Positions 20,512 through 35,461 of a stretch of DNA of 50,145 nucleotides are shown one piece after another. The stretch lies in the IMG/VR virus record IMGVR_UViG_2579778539_000003. The stretch is one strand, 5' to 3'. The notes below the pieces were generated by a model. The model saw only the letters and a list, made by a program, of their open reading frames with translations. It did no database searches and was not told the DNA's origin. The DNA comes from a virus. Taxonomy: Duplodnaviria; Heunggongvirae; Uroviricota; Caudoviricetes. Within the stretch, counting starts at the first letter, position 1; each line of letters opens with the position of its first letter. The translations under genes and the position numbers were made by a program.

Positions 20512-20552
20512 GGACTCCTCCACAGAGAGAAAATGGCCCCGAAGGGCCATGA

Positions 20553-21578
20553 TTACGCCAGTTGAACGGCCACGAACTCATCAGGATCAGCCAGCAGCAT
20601 CAGCGGTGCTGACTGAATCATGGTGAACTCTCGCGCCGGATCGCCGGATGTCTTCCAGTTTTTCGGATAACGGGGAGACGCATTAATACCCTCACTCAAT
20701 GCATCCGCATCCTGAATACAGCCATAGGTGCGCAGACCGCGTGCATGAGTGTTACCCAGCACCATCGTGTTGTCCGGCAGGAAGTTCTTTTTGACGCCGT
20801 TTTCCACGTACTGTCCGGAATACACGACGATGGCCACATCGCCATACATCCCCTTATAGGACACCGCTTTACCCAGGTCTTTCACCGCTGTCTCCAGCTC
20901 GGAATGAGAGCCACGACGGGTATCCAGCTTCTCCCTGACGGCTTTGAAGGAACGGAACAGCGCCCAGCCTTTCGGATCGAACACGATGATATTCACCACA
21001 CCGCTGGCGTTCAGCGCGTAGGCTTCGATATCGTCGGTCGGGTCATACGTGGACTTGTCACGCTTGCTCCACTCCGTGCTGCCGGACTGCGTGATGTTAT
21101 TCTCCTCACTGCGGCCCATATCCACCTCAACCGGATCGAAGGCTTCACCGGTCATGGTGTATTTGCCCTTAAGCACGGCAGAAACTGCCTGCATCTCTTC
21201 GACCTGAGCAATGGCCAGCTCTTCGTCACGCATGTTCTGCATGATGATGCGACGGCGGCGGTAAGCCGGGTCCGCCAGATTCTGCGGATCTTCATCCGGC
21301 AGGCGACGCAGGGTCATCTGCGGATTCACTTCATGCTTCGGCTTGACATATCCCGGCGTAAATTCAGAGGTGGAGCCGCCACGGGAACGGATAACCTCAC
21401 CGGAAACAATCGGCGAAACGTACAGCGCCATGTTTACCAGTCCCGGAATTTGTGAGAGATAGACTTTCTCCGTGGTGAAGGGATAGCTCTCACGGAAAAA
21501 GAGACGCAGAAACAGCGGATCAAACTTAAATTTCTGCTCATTTGCCGCCAGCAGCTGGGCGGTTGTGTACATCGACAT
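20553..21578 (-). CDS. E: Major capsid protein E
   Basis: Start at MSMYTTAQLLAANEQKF...; 341 aa; lambda gpE-like. Confidence 0.95.
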   Translation of the reverse strand: MSMYTTAQLLAANEQKFKFDPLFLRLFFRESYPFTTEKVYLSQIPGLVNMALYVSPIVSGEVIRSRGGSTSEFTPGYVKPKHEVNPQMTLRRLPDEDPQNLADPAYRRRRIIMQNMRDEELAIAQVEEMQAVSAVLKGKYTMTGEAFDPVEVDMGRSEENNITQSGSTEWSKRDKSTYDPTDDIEAYALNASGVVNIIVFDPKGWALFRSFKAVREKLDTRRGSHSELETAVKDLGKAVSYKGMYGDVAIVVYSGQYVENGVKKNFLPDNTMVLGNTHARGLRTYGCIQDADALSEGINASPRYPKNWKTSGDPAREFTMIQSAPLMLLADPDEFVAVQLA

Positions 21579-21633
21579 AAAAAAATCCCGTAAAAAAAGC
21601 CGCACAGGCGGCCTTTAGTGATGAAGGGTAAAG

Positions 21634-21966
21634 TTAAACGATGCTGATTGCCGTTCCGGCAAACGCGGTCCGTTTTTTCGTCTCGTCGCTGGCAGCCTCC
21701 GGCCAGAGCACATCCTCATAACGGAACGTGCCGGACTTGTAGAACGTCAGTGTGGTGCTGGTCTGGTCAGCAGCAACTGCAAGAATGCCAACGGCAGCAC
21801 CGTCGGTGGTGCCATCCCACGCAACCAGCTTACGGGTGGAGGTGTCCAGCATCAGCGGGGTCATTGCAGGCGCTTTCGCACTCAATCCGCCGGGCGCGGT
21901 TGCGGTATGAGCCGGGTCACTGTTGCCCAGCGGCTGGTAATGGGTAAAGGTTTCTTTGCTCGTCAT
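21634..21966 (-). CDS. D: Head decoration protein D
   Basis: Start at [12 protein letters not shown]...; 110 aa; lambda gpD-like. Confidence 0.9.
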   Translation of the reverse strand: MTSKETFTHYQPLGNSDPAHTATAPGGLSAKAPAMTPLMLDTSTRKLVAWDGTTDGAAVGILAVAADQTSTTLTFYKSGTFRYEDVLWPEAASDETKKRTAFAGTAISIV

Positions 21967-21975
21967 AAACATCCC

Positions 21976-22581
21976 TTACACTGGTGTGTTCAGCAAATCG
22001 TTAACGGCATCAGATGCCGGGTTACCTGCAGCCAGCGGTGCCGGTGCCCCCTGCATCAGACGATCCAGCGCAGTGTCACTGCGCGCCTGTGCACTCTGTG
22101 GTGCTGCGGCCAGAATGCGGCGGGCCGTTTCCACGGTCATACCGGGGGTTTCTGCCAGCACGCGGGCCTGTTCTTCGCGTCCGTGAGCCTCCTCACAGTT
22201 GAGGATCCCCATAATGCGGCTGTTTTCTGCCGCAACCGCTGCGGTGATCTGCGCGTTCACGTCCGGCTGCGCCGCGCTGGCGTTTTCGCCCTCCGTCGCT
22301 GGCACCACGTCAGTAACGTCAGCCTGCGAAGCAGTGGCTGAAACAGTTGTTGATTGAGTCTCTTTGGTCATTCGCCCTCCTGAGAGACGGGATTTACGTG
22401 CATCCAGTGCATCACGCATGACGGTGATCGCATCGGTGCTGTTAACAAGTTCATCAGCCAGTCCGGCATCAATGGCCTCCTGACCGCTGTACACTGCAGC
22501 CTCGGTATCCAGCACAGCCTGCACGGACAGGCCGGTATATGCCGACACCTTCTGCGCAAACATCTGGCGGGTTGCGTCCAT
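21976..22581 (-). CDS. nu3: Scaffolding protein Nu3 (in-frame internal start within C)
   Basis: ATG at 22579-22581, 201 codons upstream of the C stop, matching the lambda Nu3 arrangement. Confidence 0.6.
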   Translation of the reverse strand: MDATRQMFAQKVSAYTGLSVQAVLDTEAAVYSGQEAIDAGLADELVNSTDAITVMRDALDARKSRLSGGRMTKETQSTTVSATASQADVTDVVPATEGENASAAQPDVNAQITAAVAAENSRIMGILNCEEAHGREEQARVLAETPGMTVETARRILAAAPQSAQARSDTALDRLMQGAPAPLAAGNPASDAVNDLLNTPV

Positions 22582-23275
22582 CCGGGACTGCAGTGTCTCC
22601 CGGACGTCATCCGGAAGATGGCTGTAGGGGTTGCCATCCACCTTATGGCTGCCGCTGTAAATCAGCGTGATTTCCACACCCTGTTTCTCCAGCGCAGCAC
22701 CGTAATTACTGTGAGCCATCATGACGCCGATGGAGCCTGTCCGGGCGGTCTGCGTGACCAGACGCCGGGAGGCGGCACTGGCAAGCAACTGACCTGCACT
22801 GCAGTTCATGTCGTTGGCAAGCGCCCATACCGGTTTTATGTCACGCACACGGGCGATGATGTCAGCGCAGTCAAATGCCCCCGCCACCATCCCGCCGGGC
22901 GTGTCCATATCGAGCAGAATGCCGTCCACCATCGGATCGCTGGCAGCCTGTTGCAGACGGGCGATAATGCCGTTGTAACCGGTCATCCCCGAGTACGGCT
23001 GCAGCGCCCGCGTCCGGCTGACCAGCGTGCCGGACACCGGCAGCACGGCGATGCCGTTCATGACCTGATAACTGCGGGCCTGTCGTGGTCCGTCATCATC
23101 ACCGGATAATGCCAGCGTCGCGAGTGCCTCCTGGGCAGGCAGGCTGTCGCCGGACACCGCATCCGTCAGGCGGCTGATCCCAAGCTGGCCTGCAAGCGCA
23201 CAAAAGAAAACCCGCGCATAGGCGGGTTCAAGCATCAGCGGCTCATTAAAGGCCATGCTGGCAATATGCGGGAGA

Positions 23276-23295
<20 letters not shown>
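21976..23295 (-). CDS. C: Capsid maturation protease / scaffold C
   Basis: 439 aa from GTG at 23295 preceded by AGGAGGAG; overlaps B 3' end by 20 nt as in lambda. Confidence 0.9.
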
Positions 23296-26976
<3,681 letters not shown>

Positions 26977-27002
<26 letters not shown>

Positions 27003-27522
27003 TCAGCAACCCCGGTATCAGTTCATCCAGCGCGGCTGCTTTGTTCATGGCTTTGATTATATCCCGTTTCAGGAAATCAACATGTCGGTTTTCCAGTTCC
27101 GGAAAACGCCGCTGCACCGACAGGGGGATCCCGTCGAGAATACTGGCAATTTCACCTGCGATCCGCGACAGCACGAAAGTACAGAATGCGGTTTCCACCA
27201 CTTCAGCGGAGTCTCTGGCATTTTTCAGCTCCTGTGCGTCGGCCTGCGCACGCGTAAGTCGATGGCGTTCGTACTCAATAGTCCCTGGCTGGAGATCTGT
27301 CTCGCTGGCCCGCCGCAGTTCTTCAACTTCCCGGCGCAGCCTTTCGTTCTCAATTTCAGCATCCCTTTCGGCATACCATCTTATAACGGCGGCAGAGTCA
27401 TAAAGCACCTCATTACCCTTGCCACCGCCTCGCAGAACGGGCATTCCCTGTTCCTGCCAGTTCTGAATGGTACGGATACTCGCACCGAAAATGTCAGCCA
27501 GCTGCTTTTTGTTGACTTCCAT
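26977..27522 (-). CDS. nu1: Terminase small subunit Nu1
   Basis: 181-aa ORF MEVNKKQLADIFGASIRTIQNWQEQG...; overlaps A start. Confidence 0.95.
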
Positions 27523-27750
27523 TGTTCATTCCACGGCCAAAAACAGAGAAAGGAAACGACAGAGGCCCAAAAGTTCGTTTTCAGCACCTGTCGTTTCCTT
27601 TCTTTTTAGGGGGTATTTTAAATAAAAACATTAAGTTACGACGAAGAAGAACGGAAACGCCTTAAACCGGAAAATTTTCATAAATAGCGAAAACCCGCGA
27701 GGTCGCCGCCCCGTAACCTGTCGGATCACCGGAAAGGACCCGTAAAGTGA
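27523..27750. other. cos site (cosB-cosN-cosQ); cosN 12-nt cohesive end AGGTCGCCGCCC at 27700-27711
   Basis: Reverse complement of lambda left end GGGCGGCGACCTCGCGGGTTTTCGCTATTTATGAAAATTTTCCGG... present immediately upstream of Nu1. Confidence 0.85.
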
Positions 27751-27910
27751 TAATGATTATCATCTACATATCACAACGTGCGTGGAGGCCATCAAACCAC
27801 GTCAAATAATCAATTATGACGCAGGTATCGTATTAATTGATCTGCATCAACTTAACGTAAAAACAACTTCAGACAATACAAATCAGCGACACTGAATACG
27901 GGGCAACCTC

Positions 27911-28144
27911 ATGTCAACGAAGAACAGAACCCGCAGAACAACAACCCGCAACATCCGCTTTCCTAACCAAATGATTGAACAAATTAACATCGCTCTTGAG
28001 CAAAAAGGGTCCGGGAATTTCTCAGCCTGGGTCATTGAAGCCTGCCGCCGGAGACTGTGCTCAGAAAAAAGAGTTTCTTCTGAAGCAAACAAAGAAAAGA
28101 GTGACATTACTGAATTGCTCAGAAAACAGGTCAGACCAGATTGA
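27911..28144 (+). CDS. ynfO: YnfO-like small protein with ribbon-helix-helix-like N-terminal region
   Basis: 77-aa ORF; RNIRFPNQMIEQINIALEQKGSGNFSAWVIEACRRRL resembles Arc/MetJ/CopG RHH fold pattern. Confidence 0.7.
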   Translation: MSTKNRTRRTTTRNIRFPNQMIEQINIALEQKGSGNFSAWVIEACRRRLCSEKRVSSEANKEKSDITELLRKQVRPD

Positions 28145-28186
28145 AGCAATTTAGATAATCGTGCAGACTACGCCCCCTCATATCAC

Positions 28187-28612
28187 ATGGAAGGTTTATC
28201 TATGGATCAGGTAGTCATTTTTAAACAAATATTTGATAAAGTTCGAAACGATTTAAACTATCAATGGTTTTATTCTGAGCTAAAACGTCACAATGTCTCA
28301 CATTACATTTACTATTTAGCCACAGAGAATGTTCATATTGTATTAAAAAATGATAATACAGTGTTATTAAAGGGCCTAAAAAACATTGCGTCTGTCAAAT
28401 TTTCAAAGGATAGGCATCTTATAGAAACGACCTCTAATAAGCTGAAATCCAGAGAGATCACATTTCAGGAATACAGAAGAAACCTTGCTAAAGCAGGAGT
28501 TTTTCGGTGGGTTACAAATATCCACGAACAAAAAAGATATTACTATACCTTTGATAATTCATTACTATTTACTGAAAGCATCCAGAAAACTACACAGATC
28601 TTACCACGCTAA
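28187..28612 (+). CDS. ydfO: YdfO-like DUF1398 protein
   Basis: 141-aa [38 protein letters not shown]...; 43 nt downstream of ynfO. Confidence 0.8.
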   Translation: MEGLSMDQVVIFKQIFDKVRNDLNYQWFYSELKRHNVSHYIYYLATENVHIVLKNDNTVLLKGLKNIASVKFSKDRHLIETTSNKLKSREITFQEYRRNLAKAGVFRWVTNIHEQKRYYYTFDNSLLFTESIQKTTQILPR

Positions 28613-28763
28613 ACCATAACGTCCGGCTTCTCTCACTCCTGAGCCGGACTGCATTGGTTTAATAAAAACCATCAACAATTGTGATTTAGATATTCGGAAC
28701 CATTCAAATATAACAAAACCCCGTAAAAACGAGGTTTATGGATAAATTTTATTATTGAATACA

Positions 28764-28937
28764 TCAGATTAAATTAATCTTGACATCATAGCTTTCAAGA
28801 CCCGTCATTTTTTCCCGTGCGGTAAACTGAATACTGGTAACTTCTTTCCCGGTCTTTTTCTTAAGTTCAATAATTTTTTTTGTTATATATTCAGAAATAT
28901 CTGCTTCTGCTTTTGTTTTTAAGTTTTCAATATTCAT
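28764..28937 (-). CDS. gnsB: GnsB (GnsA/GnsB family small protein)
   Basis: 57-aa MNIENLKTKAEADISEYITKKIIELKKKTGKEVTSIQFTAREKMTGLESYDVKINLI; AAGAGGAA SD; not in ORF track (<60 aa). Confidence 0.75.
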   Translation of the reverse strand: MNIENLKTKAEADISEYITKKIIELKKKTGKEVTSIQFTAREKMTGLESYDVKINLI

Positions 28938-29108
28938 CATTTCCTCTTTTAGTCTGTTATGACTTTCCAGTTACACAGTAAGTCGATTATATGGTGCAAA
29001 CGTGTAAAAGATAAGATGAAACATCGCAATAATCAACATACGATAGTCTAAATTTTACACAAACAGACAAAGAGAATTTTCCTGAATTATCAATGCAATA
29101 GCATCAAA

Positions 29109-29339
29109 TCAACTCAAGAGCCTTATTGCTGCTTCCAGAATTTCTTCTGAAGTAACATGTCGATCCGCGGCTACATAAATGACTTTATGATCTCCGGTCA
29201 GAGATGGAAACCCTGCGGCCATTACAGTAAGGTGTGTTTTTTCGCCATTTGGATATTCACGCATGATGGTGTTAACTCCAGTCATCGCTGGCACTACCAC
29301 TGCTGGTTCAGAGTTAAAAAAAACTATGATTTTTTTCAT
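29109..29339 (-). CDS. ynfN: YnfN-like small protein (YmcE paralogue; start taken at MKKII)
   Basis: Directly upstream of gnsB on the same strand; ORF track extends to a TTG at 29381 that lies inside a terminator hairpin. Confidence 0.6.
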   Translation of the reverse strand: MKKIIVFFNSEPAVVVPAMTGVNTIMREYPNGEKTHLTVMAAGFPSLTGDHKVIYVAADRHVTSEEILEAAIRLLS

Positions 29340-29383
29340 GATGTTACCGTAGTATGTGAGTATCCATCGAATAGACACCAAGC

Positions 29384-29403
29384 AAAAAAGCTCCCGAAGG
29401 AGC
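29384..29403 (-). terminator. Rho-independent terminator between cspI and ynfN
   Basis: GCTCC-CGAA-GGAGC hairpin followed by U6 on the minus strand. Confidence 0.4.
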
Positions 29404-29610
29404 CTTCATTTTCACTTTTTTAAATCCAACGACAGACGGCTGGCATTTAAGTATTGTGAAATATTATCAAATGTAATCATCATTGATTTACAAAAGATAC
29501 ATTTTGCCCCGAAAGGATTCATGTCAGAAACATCAAAAGATGATGTTCTATACTGGGAACCATGACAACACGGGCATCTAAAGTGAATATGGTTTGTAAT
29601 ATTGTCTACC

Positions 29611-29823
29611 TCAAAGCGCCACTACATGAACAGCGGCAGGACCTTTAGGTCCGTTCTCAATACCAAATTCAACTTCCTGATTCTCAGTTAATGTTTTGAA
29701 ATCGTTGCTCTGAATTGCTGAGAAATGGACAAACACATCTTTGCTGCCATCTTTCGGCGTGATGAAACCAAAACCTTTTTCAGGGTTAAACCATTTCACT
29801 AAACCAGTCATTTTGTTAGACAT
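29611..29823 (-). CDS. cspI: Cold-shock protein CspI
   Basis: 70-aa CspA-family [26 protein letters not shown]... Confidence 0.9.
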   Translation of the reverse strand: MSNKMTGLVKWFNPEKGFGFITPKDGSKDVFVHFSAIQSNDFKTLTENQEVEFGIENGPKGPAAVHVVAL

Positions 29824-30185
29824 AATTATTACCTTTTGAAGAAATTAGCCCTTGGGCAGAATGGTCCGAAAAAAAATATCAGAGAGAAAAACCAACAAGG
29901 AAATCTCAAGAGGTACAAATAATAAAATTATAACAATGACTGCTTCAGATAAATTTGTAACAAACCAGAACACCATTAACGCATGATTAACCACCCATAG
30001 CAAGGATTACTTTTGTAAAGAAAAACACAGCAATGAAAGAATAGCTTTATTTATTAATAAAACGTGTCATTCTGATTAAGACCTTTTATCTTACCCTTAA
30101 GATTTCAGGAATTTTGGCTCATGGAAGAGTCCTTTTTATTTAAATTTTACATTCCGCGATGTAAATGTTCCGATTTAATATTACC

Positions 30186-31209
<1,024 letters not shown>

Positions 31210-31213
<4 letters not shown>

Positions 31214-31521
31214 AGATATTTATGATGAGGACGCTCGTGCTTATTGGCAGGATTTTCAATCTTAAAGGAGTACTGATGCTGCAGATAAGACTCAACTTTT
31301 TCTGACAATTTTTCTGCTACTTCCAGGAAGACTTGCCGGACGCTCCTTCTGGCTGCTGCCTCATAAAACTCCAGCGCAGCTCCTTCAACACGGTCCATGG
31401 CGACATCCAGGTCAAAAATTTCACCGTCAAAGCGTTCTTTGTCCTGTAAGGCTACAGTTACCGTAACTTTATTCTCAAAATTACGGACTCCTTTCACAAC
31501 CAGTTCATAGTCTTGAGTCAT
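31210..31521 (-). CDS. ydfR: YdfR-like protein (DUF1327) between holin and endolysin
   Basis: 103-aa ORF; stop overlaps endolysin start. Confidence 0.7.
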
Positions 31522-31525
31522 TGGA

Positions 31526-31741
31526 TTACTCTCCTCTCGCAGCCTTACGCCTGTCTTCTTTAATCTTGAAATAAAGATTTGTCAGATACGTCAGCAGGCC
31601 AAAAACCAGGCTACCCAGCACACCGATTGCAGCCCACTGTGACGGAGTTACTTTATCGAGTAACTGCAATGCCCAGAAACCAGCATTACCCGCCGATGTG
31701 CCATAGGCAACACCTGTTGTTAACTTATCCATTGATTTCAT
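31526..31741 (-). CDS. essQ: Phage-21-type pinholin S with dual-start motif MKSM
   Basis: [26 protein letters not shown]...[30 protein letters not shown] closely resembles S21; two TM segments. Confidence 0.85.
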   Translation of the reverse strand: MKSMDKLTTGVAYGTSAGNAGFWALQLLDKVTPSQWAAIGVLGSLVFGLLTYLTNLYFKIKEDRRKAARGE

Positions 31742-31960
31742 ATCCTCACCCCGATGTACACGGATGGTGCAATATGTTTGAAAAGATCGGAGTCTACGGG
31801 GTAGTTTTGACAGCACACGTTGTTCTCAACGGCGCTAAAAAAACATACACATTAAAAATGTGGGTAATTATTTTGAAAGAAAGTCATATATAAAATAATA
31901 ATACGAGAAATGTTTTCATATTTAGTGTACTGTATACGGCCATTTATACAGGAAAAGCCT

Positions 31961-32131
31961 ATGTCAGAACGTAAAAACTCAAAATCACGCCGTAATTATC
32001 TCGTTAAATGTTCCTGCCCAAACTGCACCCAAGAGTCAGAACACAGTTTTTCAAGAGTACAAAAAGGTGCCCTTTTGATCTGCCCTCATTGCAACAAAGT
32101 ATTCCAGACAAATCTTAAAGCTGTAGCCTGA
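31961..32131 (+). CDS. Small zinc-ribbon protein (CPNC...CPHC), possibly YnfQ/YmcF-like
   Basis: 56-aa product from MSERKNSK...; AGGAAAAG RBS; followed by hairpin terminator near 32195-32215. Confidence 0.5.
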   Translation: MSERKNSKSRRNYLVKCSCPNCTQESEHSFSRVQKGALLICPHCNKVFQTNLKAVA

Positions 32132-32494
32132 TTGATTTTATTAGTAACAAGTATTTTTTATATTTTAATAATATATTTAAAGCAGATAATAAAAAACCCG
32201 CCTGAGCGGGTTTGAGATTGTGGTGCTTTTTGTGGGAGTCATCCACTTACGCACTTTGTTTTGCCATGCCAGCAGTTAGCTTCTGCTGTAAAACTATTCA
32301 TGCAGCAAACCTGCACTTCACCACAATGGTTAGCATACTTTTCCTGATTAAGATTTTGCCAAATATGCTAGCCATTGTTTCATGTATTGGACCTCCTTAC
32401 TTTTTATTAAAGAGATCCAATATTCACTACTCTGTCCGTATCTCTACTCAGGCATCAGCCTTCTTCGTTATCGTATACAGACGAGCGATGAATT

Positions 32495-32710
32495 TTAATC
32501 AGTAATGATGACATTTGCTGCTGCAGGACCTTTAGCACCACTCTCTATAGAGAAGGTAACCTTTTGACCTTCAAATAAGGTTCGATAATTATCATTCTGA
32601 ATCGCAGAAAAATGCACAAACACATCTTTACTACCATCAACAGGAGAAATAAAGCCGAAACCTTTATCAGCGTTAAACCATTTTACTAAACCAGTCATTT
32701 TATTTGACAT
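32495..32710 (-). CDS. cspB: Cold-shock protein CspB
   Basis: 71-aa CspA-family ORF. Confidence 0.9.
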   Translation of the reverse strand: MSNKMTGLVKWFNADKGFGFISPVDGSKDVFVHFSAIQNDNYRTLFEGQKVTFSIESGAKGPAAANVIITD

Positions 32711-33010
32711 TCTACATTCCTTAACTTGAGCCTTTCGGCATAAATGGTTTGCATAACAGAAACGACTTCGTACTTAATTGGAGAGACTCAAAGAAGGAAT
32801 AAGTGAATAACACCTGAAATGAGAACTGCTTTAGTAAACTACTTCGTATATCGTCTGTTCTTCAAACCGACGCAATCATTAACGCATAGTTGAACATATG
32901 AAGCAATGTTTATTTTAGACATCCAGCCATCTTCAACCCCATCAAAAAACTATAGCTTTCTTCAGGAACGTGTGTATAGTGCGCCAAGTTATCAGTATTA
33001 AGGAATTTTT

Positions 33011-33223
33011 TTGTCCCGTAAAATGACAGGAATTGTCAAAACCTTTGACGGCAAAAGCGGCAAGGGTCTTATCACCCCATCCGATGGTCGTATCGATGTC
33101 CAGCTTCATGTTTCAGCGCTCAATCTCCGCGATGCAGAAGAAATTACCACCGGATTACGCGTGGAATTTTGCCGGATAAATGGTCTGCGTGGCCCTTCAG
33201 CTGCCAATGTTTACCTTTCATGA
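33011..33223 (+). CDS. cspF: Cold-shock-like protein CspF
   Basis: 70-aa divergent Csp-family [26 protein letters not shown]... Confidence 0.85.
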
Positions 33224-33277
33224 GCTATATTAAAGCTTTAATTTCAGGCCCCATCGGATCACACATGGAGAGTTTTT

Positions 33278-33367
33278 ATGAATAACCCCGTCTGTCTTGA
33301 TGACTGGTTGATTGGCTTTAAAAGCTTATGCTGTACTTTGGCCGTAATAGCTCTGCTAATAATATAA
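33278..33367 (+). CDS. Candidate 29-aa small membrane peptide ([29 protein letters not shown])
   Basis: GGAG SD 6 nt upstream of ATG; hydrophobic C-terminus; below the ORF-track cutoff. Confidence 0.3.
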
Positions 33368-33515
33368 TAAGCAGACTCATTGTGTTTAGGGACATTGTAC
33401 TGGAAGAAAACATTTTAAACATCAGGCAAATAACCAAGTCACCAGCTAAATAATAAGTTAACAGACATGAGTCCCGGGATGAGATTCAACATTACCATTG
33501 CCCCATTTAAAGCAC

Positions 33516-33550
33516 AAAACCCGCTCATCAGCGGGTTTTCTACTTTTTCT
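33516..33550. terminator. Bidirectional rho-independent terminator (cspF terminator / late tR'-like)
   Basis: AAAACCCGC-TCATCA-GCGGGTTTT hairpin flanked by T-runs on both strands. Confidence 0.55.
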
Positions 33551-33584
33551 TAACGTCGGGTATACAAAGCCCATCGTTGAAAAA

Positions 33585-33613
33585 ATTTCATCCATATTTT
33601 TTGAAAAATGCAA
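33585..33613 (-). promoter_or_regulatory. Candidate late promoter pR' with Q-utilisation region just downstream of Q
   Basis: Minus-strand TTGCAT-17 nt-TGAAAT, followed by CAACGATGGG resembling the lambda pR' initial transcribed region. Confidence 0.4.
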
Positions 33614-33644
33614 ACATCATGTCGCCATCTTCAGCAAAAATCAT

Positions 33645-34397
33645 TTATCTCGTCACCTTCCTCAATTGCGCTTCCGCGTATGCTTCTTCCTGCCAGCACT
33701 TTGTTACCAGTTTACCAATGACGTCCGCATACCCCTTATACCACTGATAATCGGTCAGGTCTGGTACCAGCTTCTGGACATGACGTCGTGCCAGCGTGGT
33801 CGGTAAACGACTAAACCGGTTTCCATTACAACGCCCACAAATCTTATATACCGGTACGCCATGAAACCGGGTTCTTTTTTCATCCAGAACAATCCCTTTA
33901 CCCTTACACCCTCTGCACGCTGTGCTGGCTTCGCCCTTACCATGGCAATGCTGACATAGTTCCTTCACCCATTCTTCCTTGATTAAAGATTCCCCGCGTC
34001 TGTAGTGTTTCACCACTTCGCGCAATACATTATAAAATCCCGTACCTGAACAATGCTCACAGCGAGCCTTACTTGCCGCAGACCTGGAGTAATCAGCAAA
34101 GGCAAAACTCACGAGGTAAGGAATAATCTGTAACCGGATTTCTTCACTCAATTTGTTCAATGTCGGGTTATCCAGTGCCATCGCGTAATTTAGCAGGCCT
34201 TCAATCGCAAACTGAGGGTCCTGAACACCAACTTTTGCCAGAAATAAGGCCAACCCAAGTGGTGCTTTCGACTGCACCATCCCCTGCGCTGCCATTACAT
34301 CCGTAATTGTTAAACAACCGGTGCCTGTCGCTGGAGCGTCATCGCTCAATTTTGGAGATTTTGGGGAGTAATATTTTGGTAAGGCTTCAAGGTTCAT
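33645..34397 (-). CDS. quuQ: Late antiterminator Q
   Basis: 250 aa from MNLEALPKYYSPKS...; Cys-rich zinc-binding region; GGAG SD. Confidence 0.85.
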   Translation of the reverse strand: MNLEALPKYYSPKSPKLSDDAPATGTGCLTITDVMAAQGMVQSKAPLGLALFLAKVGVQDPQFAIEGLLNYAMALDNPTLNKLSEEIRLQIIPYLVSFAFADYSRSAASKARCEHCSGTGFYNVLREVVKHYRRGESLIKEEWVKELCQHCHGKGEASTACRGCKGKGIVLDEKRTRFHGVPVYKICGRCNGNRFSRLPTTLARRHVQKLVPDLTDYQWYKGYADVIGKLVTKCWQEEAYAEAQLRKVTR

Positions 34398-34410
34398 GCT
34401 CGTTCTCCAC

Positions 34411-35460
34411 TTACGCCAGTACGCCAATTGCCAGCGCGCGATCGATAAAACGAAATATCAGCTCCAGTTGGGAGCCATACTTATCTTCAAATGCCACTGT
34501 ATCCGTATGCAGCTCGTTGTGATGCTTTCTGCACAAAGGCAACACAAAGAGATCATGTGCTTTTGTTCCCATTCCGCCCTGCCCGTGACCAATCAGATGA
34601 TGCGGATCGTCGGCTGGCATACCGCAGCAAGCACACGGCTGTGTCTTAACCCAACGTGTGTATTTCTCCTTAACCCAGCGGCGACGTTTAGGCAGCTTCA
34701 TGAAAGATTCCGGAGACTCTGGATCAACGGTGATGCTTACCACCGTCTTTTCCTGTGGTGATTTTTGTTGCTGGTGGGCGTAAGGCAACGGTGCAAGATT
34801 TTTTGTGCGTTGTTTCAATATGCTGGTGGCGGTCTGCTCTCCCGGTACGATGTCGCTTTCGCGGTACACCGAGCAGATTTTTTCCGCTGGTAATCCCAGC
34901 GAACGACGCGATACAGCCTCAGGTAGTGCATCCACCACCTGATTGCAGACCGCCCACCAGGATAATTCAGCCAAAGATAATTCCCGCTCCTGCGTACCGC
35001 TTATTGCGTGACGGATGACGTCAATCACCCATGCTGTCAGATTTTGTTGAGCAAGCAGCTCCAGTGATTCCGATGTCTGGTCACGCAGTTGGTTGTCGCA
35101 GTGCCAGCACAACACCATTGCGCCGGTACCATAACGGTGAATGACTGTTTCAGTGTGATGGTAATCGCCATTAGGCCACTGGCAGGATGTAACATGACGT
35201 AATAGCCAGTCGGACAATGCGCCAACGCCGCCAGCAGAACGAATCACCCGTTCGTTACTAAAAAACGGCAGCAATGTTTTGTCTTCCGCCAGCGGCTGGC
35301 GAACGGCAGGAACGACTCCGGATGGCAGATTACGCATGCTTTTTGGTTCCGGTTCCACCAGCACTCGAGGATTATGAAATATCTGTATGGATTCACGGCC
35401 CGGCTTAAGGACCACCAGCCCAAGCTCAGGCACCAGAACAGGTCTAAGTAATACCCGCAC
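34411..35460 (-). CDS. ydfU: YdfU-like DUF968 protein with C-terminal HNH-like Cys/His motif
   Basis: 349 aa from GTG at 35460 preceded by GGAGGT; C-terminal CACCG...PHHLIGHG...CRKHHNELH. Confidence 0.75.
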   Translation of the reverse strand: MRVLLRPVLVPELGLVVLKPGRESIQIFHNPRVLVEPEPKSMRNLPSGVVPAVRQPLAEDKTLLPFFSNERVIRSAGGVGALSDWLLRHVTSCQWPNGDYHHTETVIHRYGTGAMVLCWHCDNQLRDQTSESLELLAQQNLTAWVIDVIRHAISGTQERELSLAELSWWAVCNQVVDALPEAVSRRSLGLPAEKICSVYRESDIVPGEQTATSILKQRTKNLAPLPYAHQQQKSPQEKTVVSITVDPESPESFMKLPKRRRWVKEKYTRWVKTQPCACCGMPADDPHHLIGHGQGGMGTKAHDLFVLPLCRKHHNELHTDTVAFEDKYGSQLELIFRFIDRALAIGVLA

Positions 35461-35461
35461 G

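Noticed and set aside
20745-21455. 236-aa plus-strand ORF antisense to E; similar antisense ORFs at 22618-23109, 25371-25847, 26175-26942
   Set aside because: All lie inside strongly supported capsid or terminase genes on the other strand.
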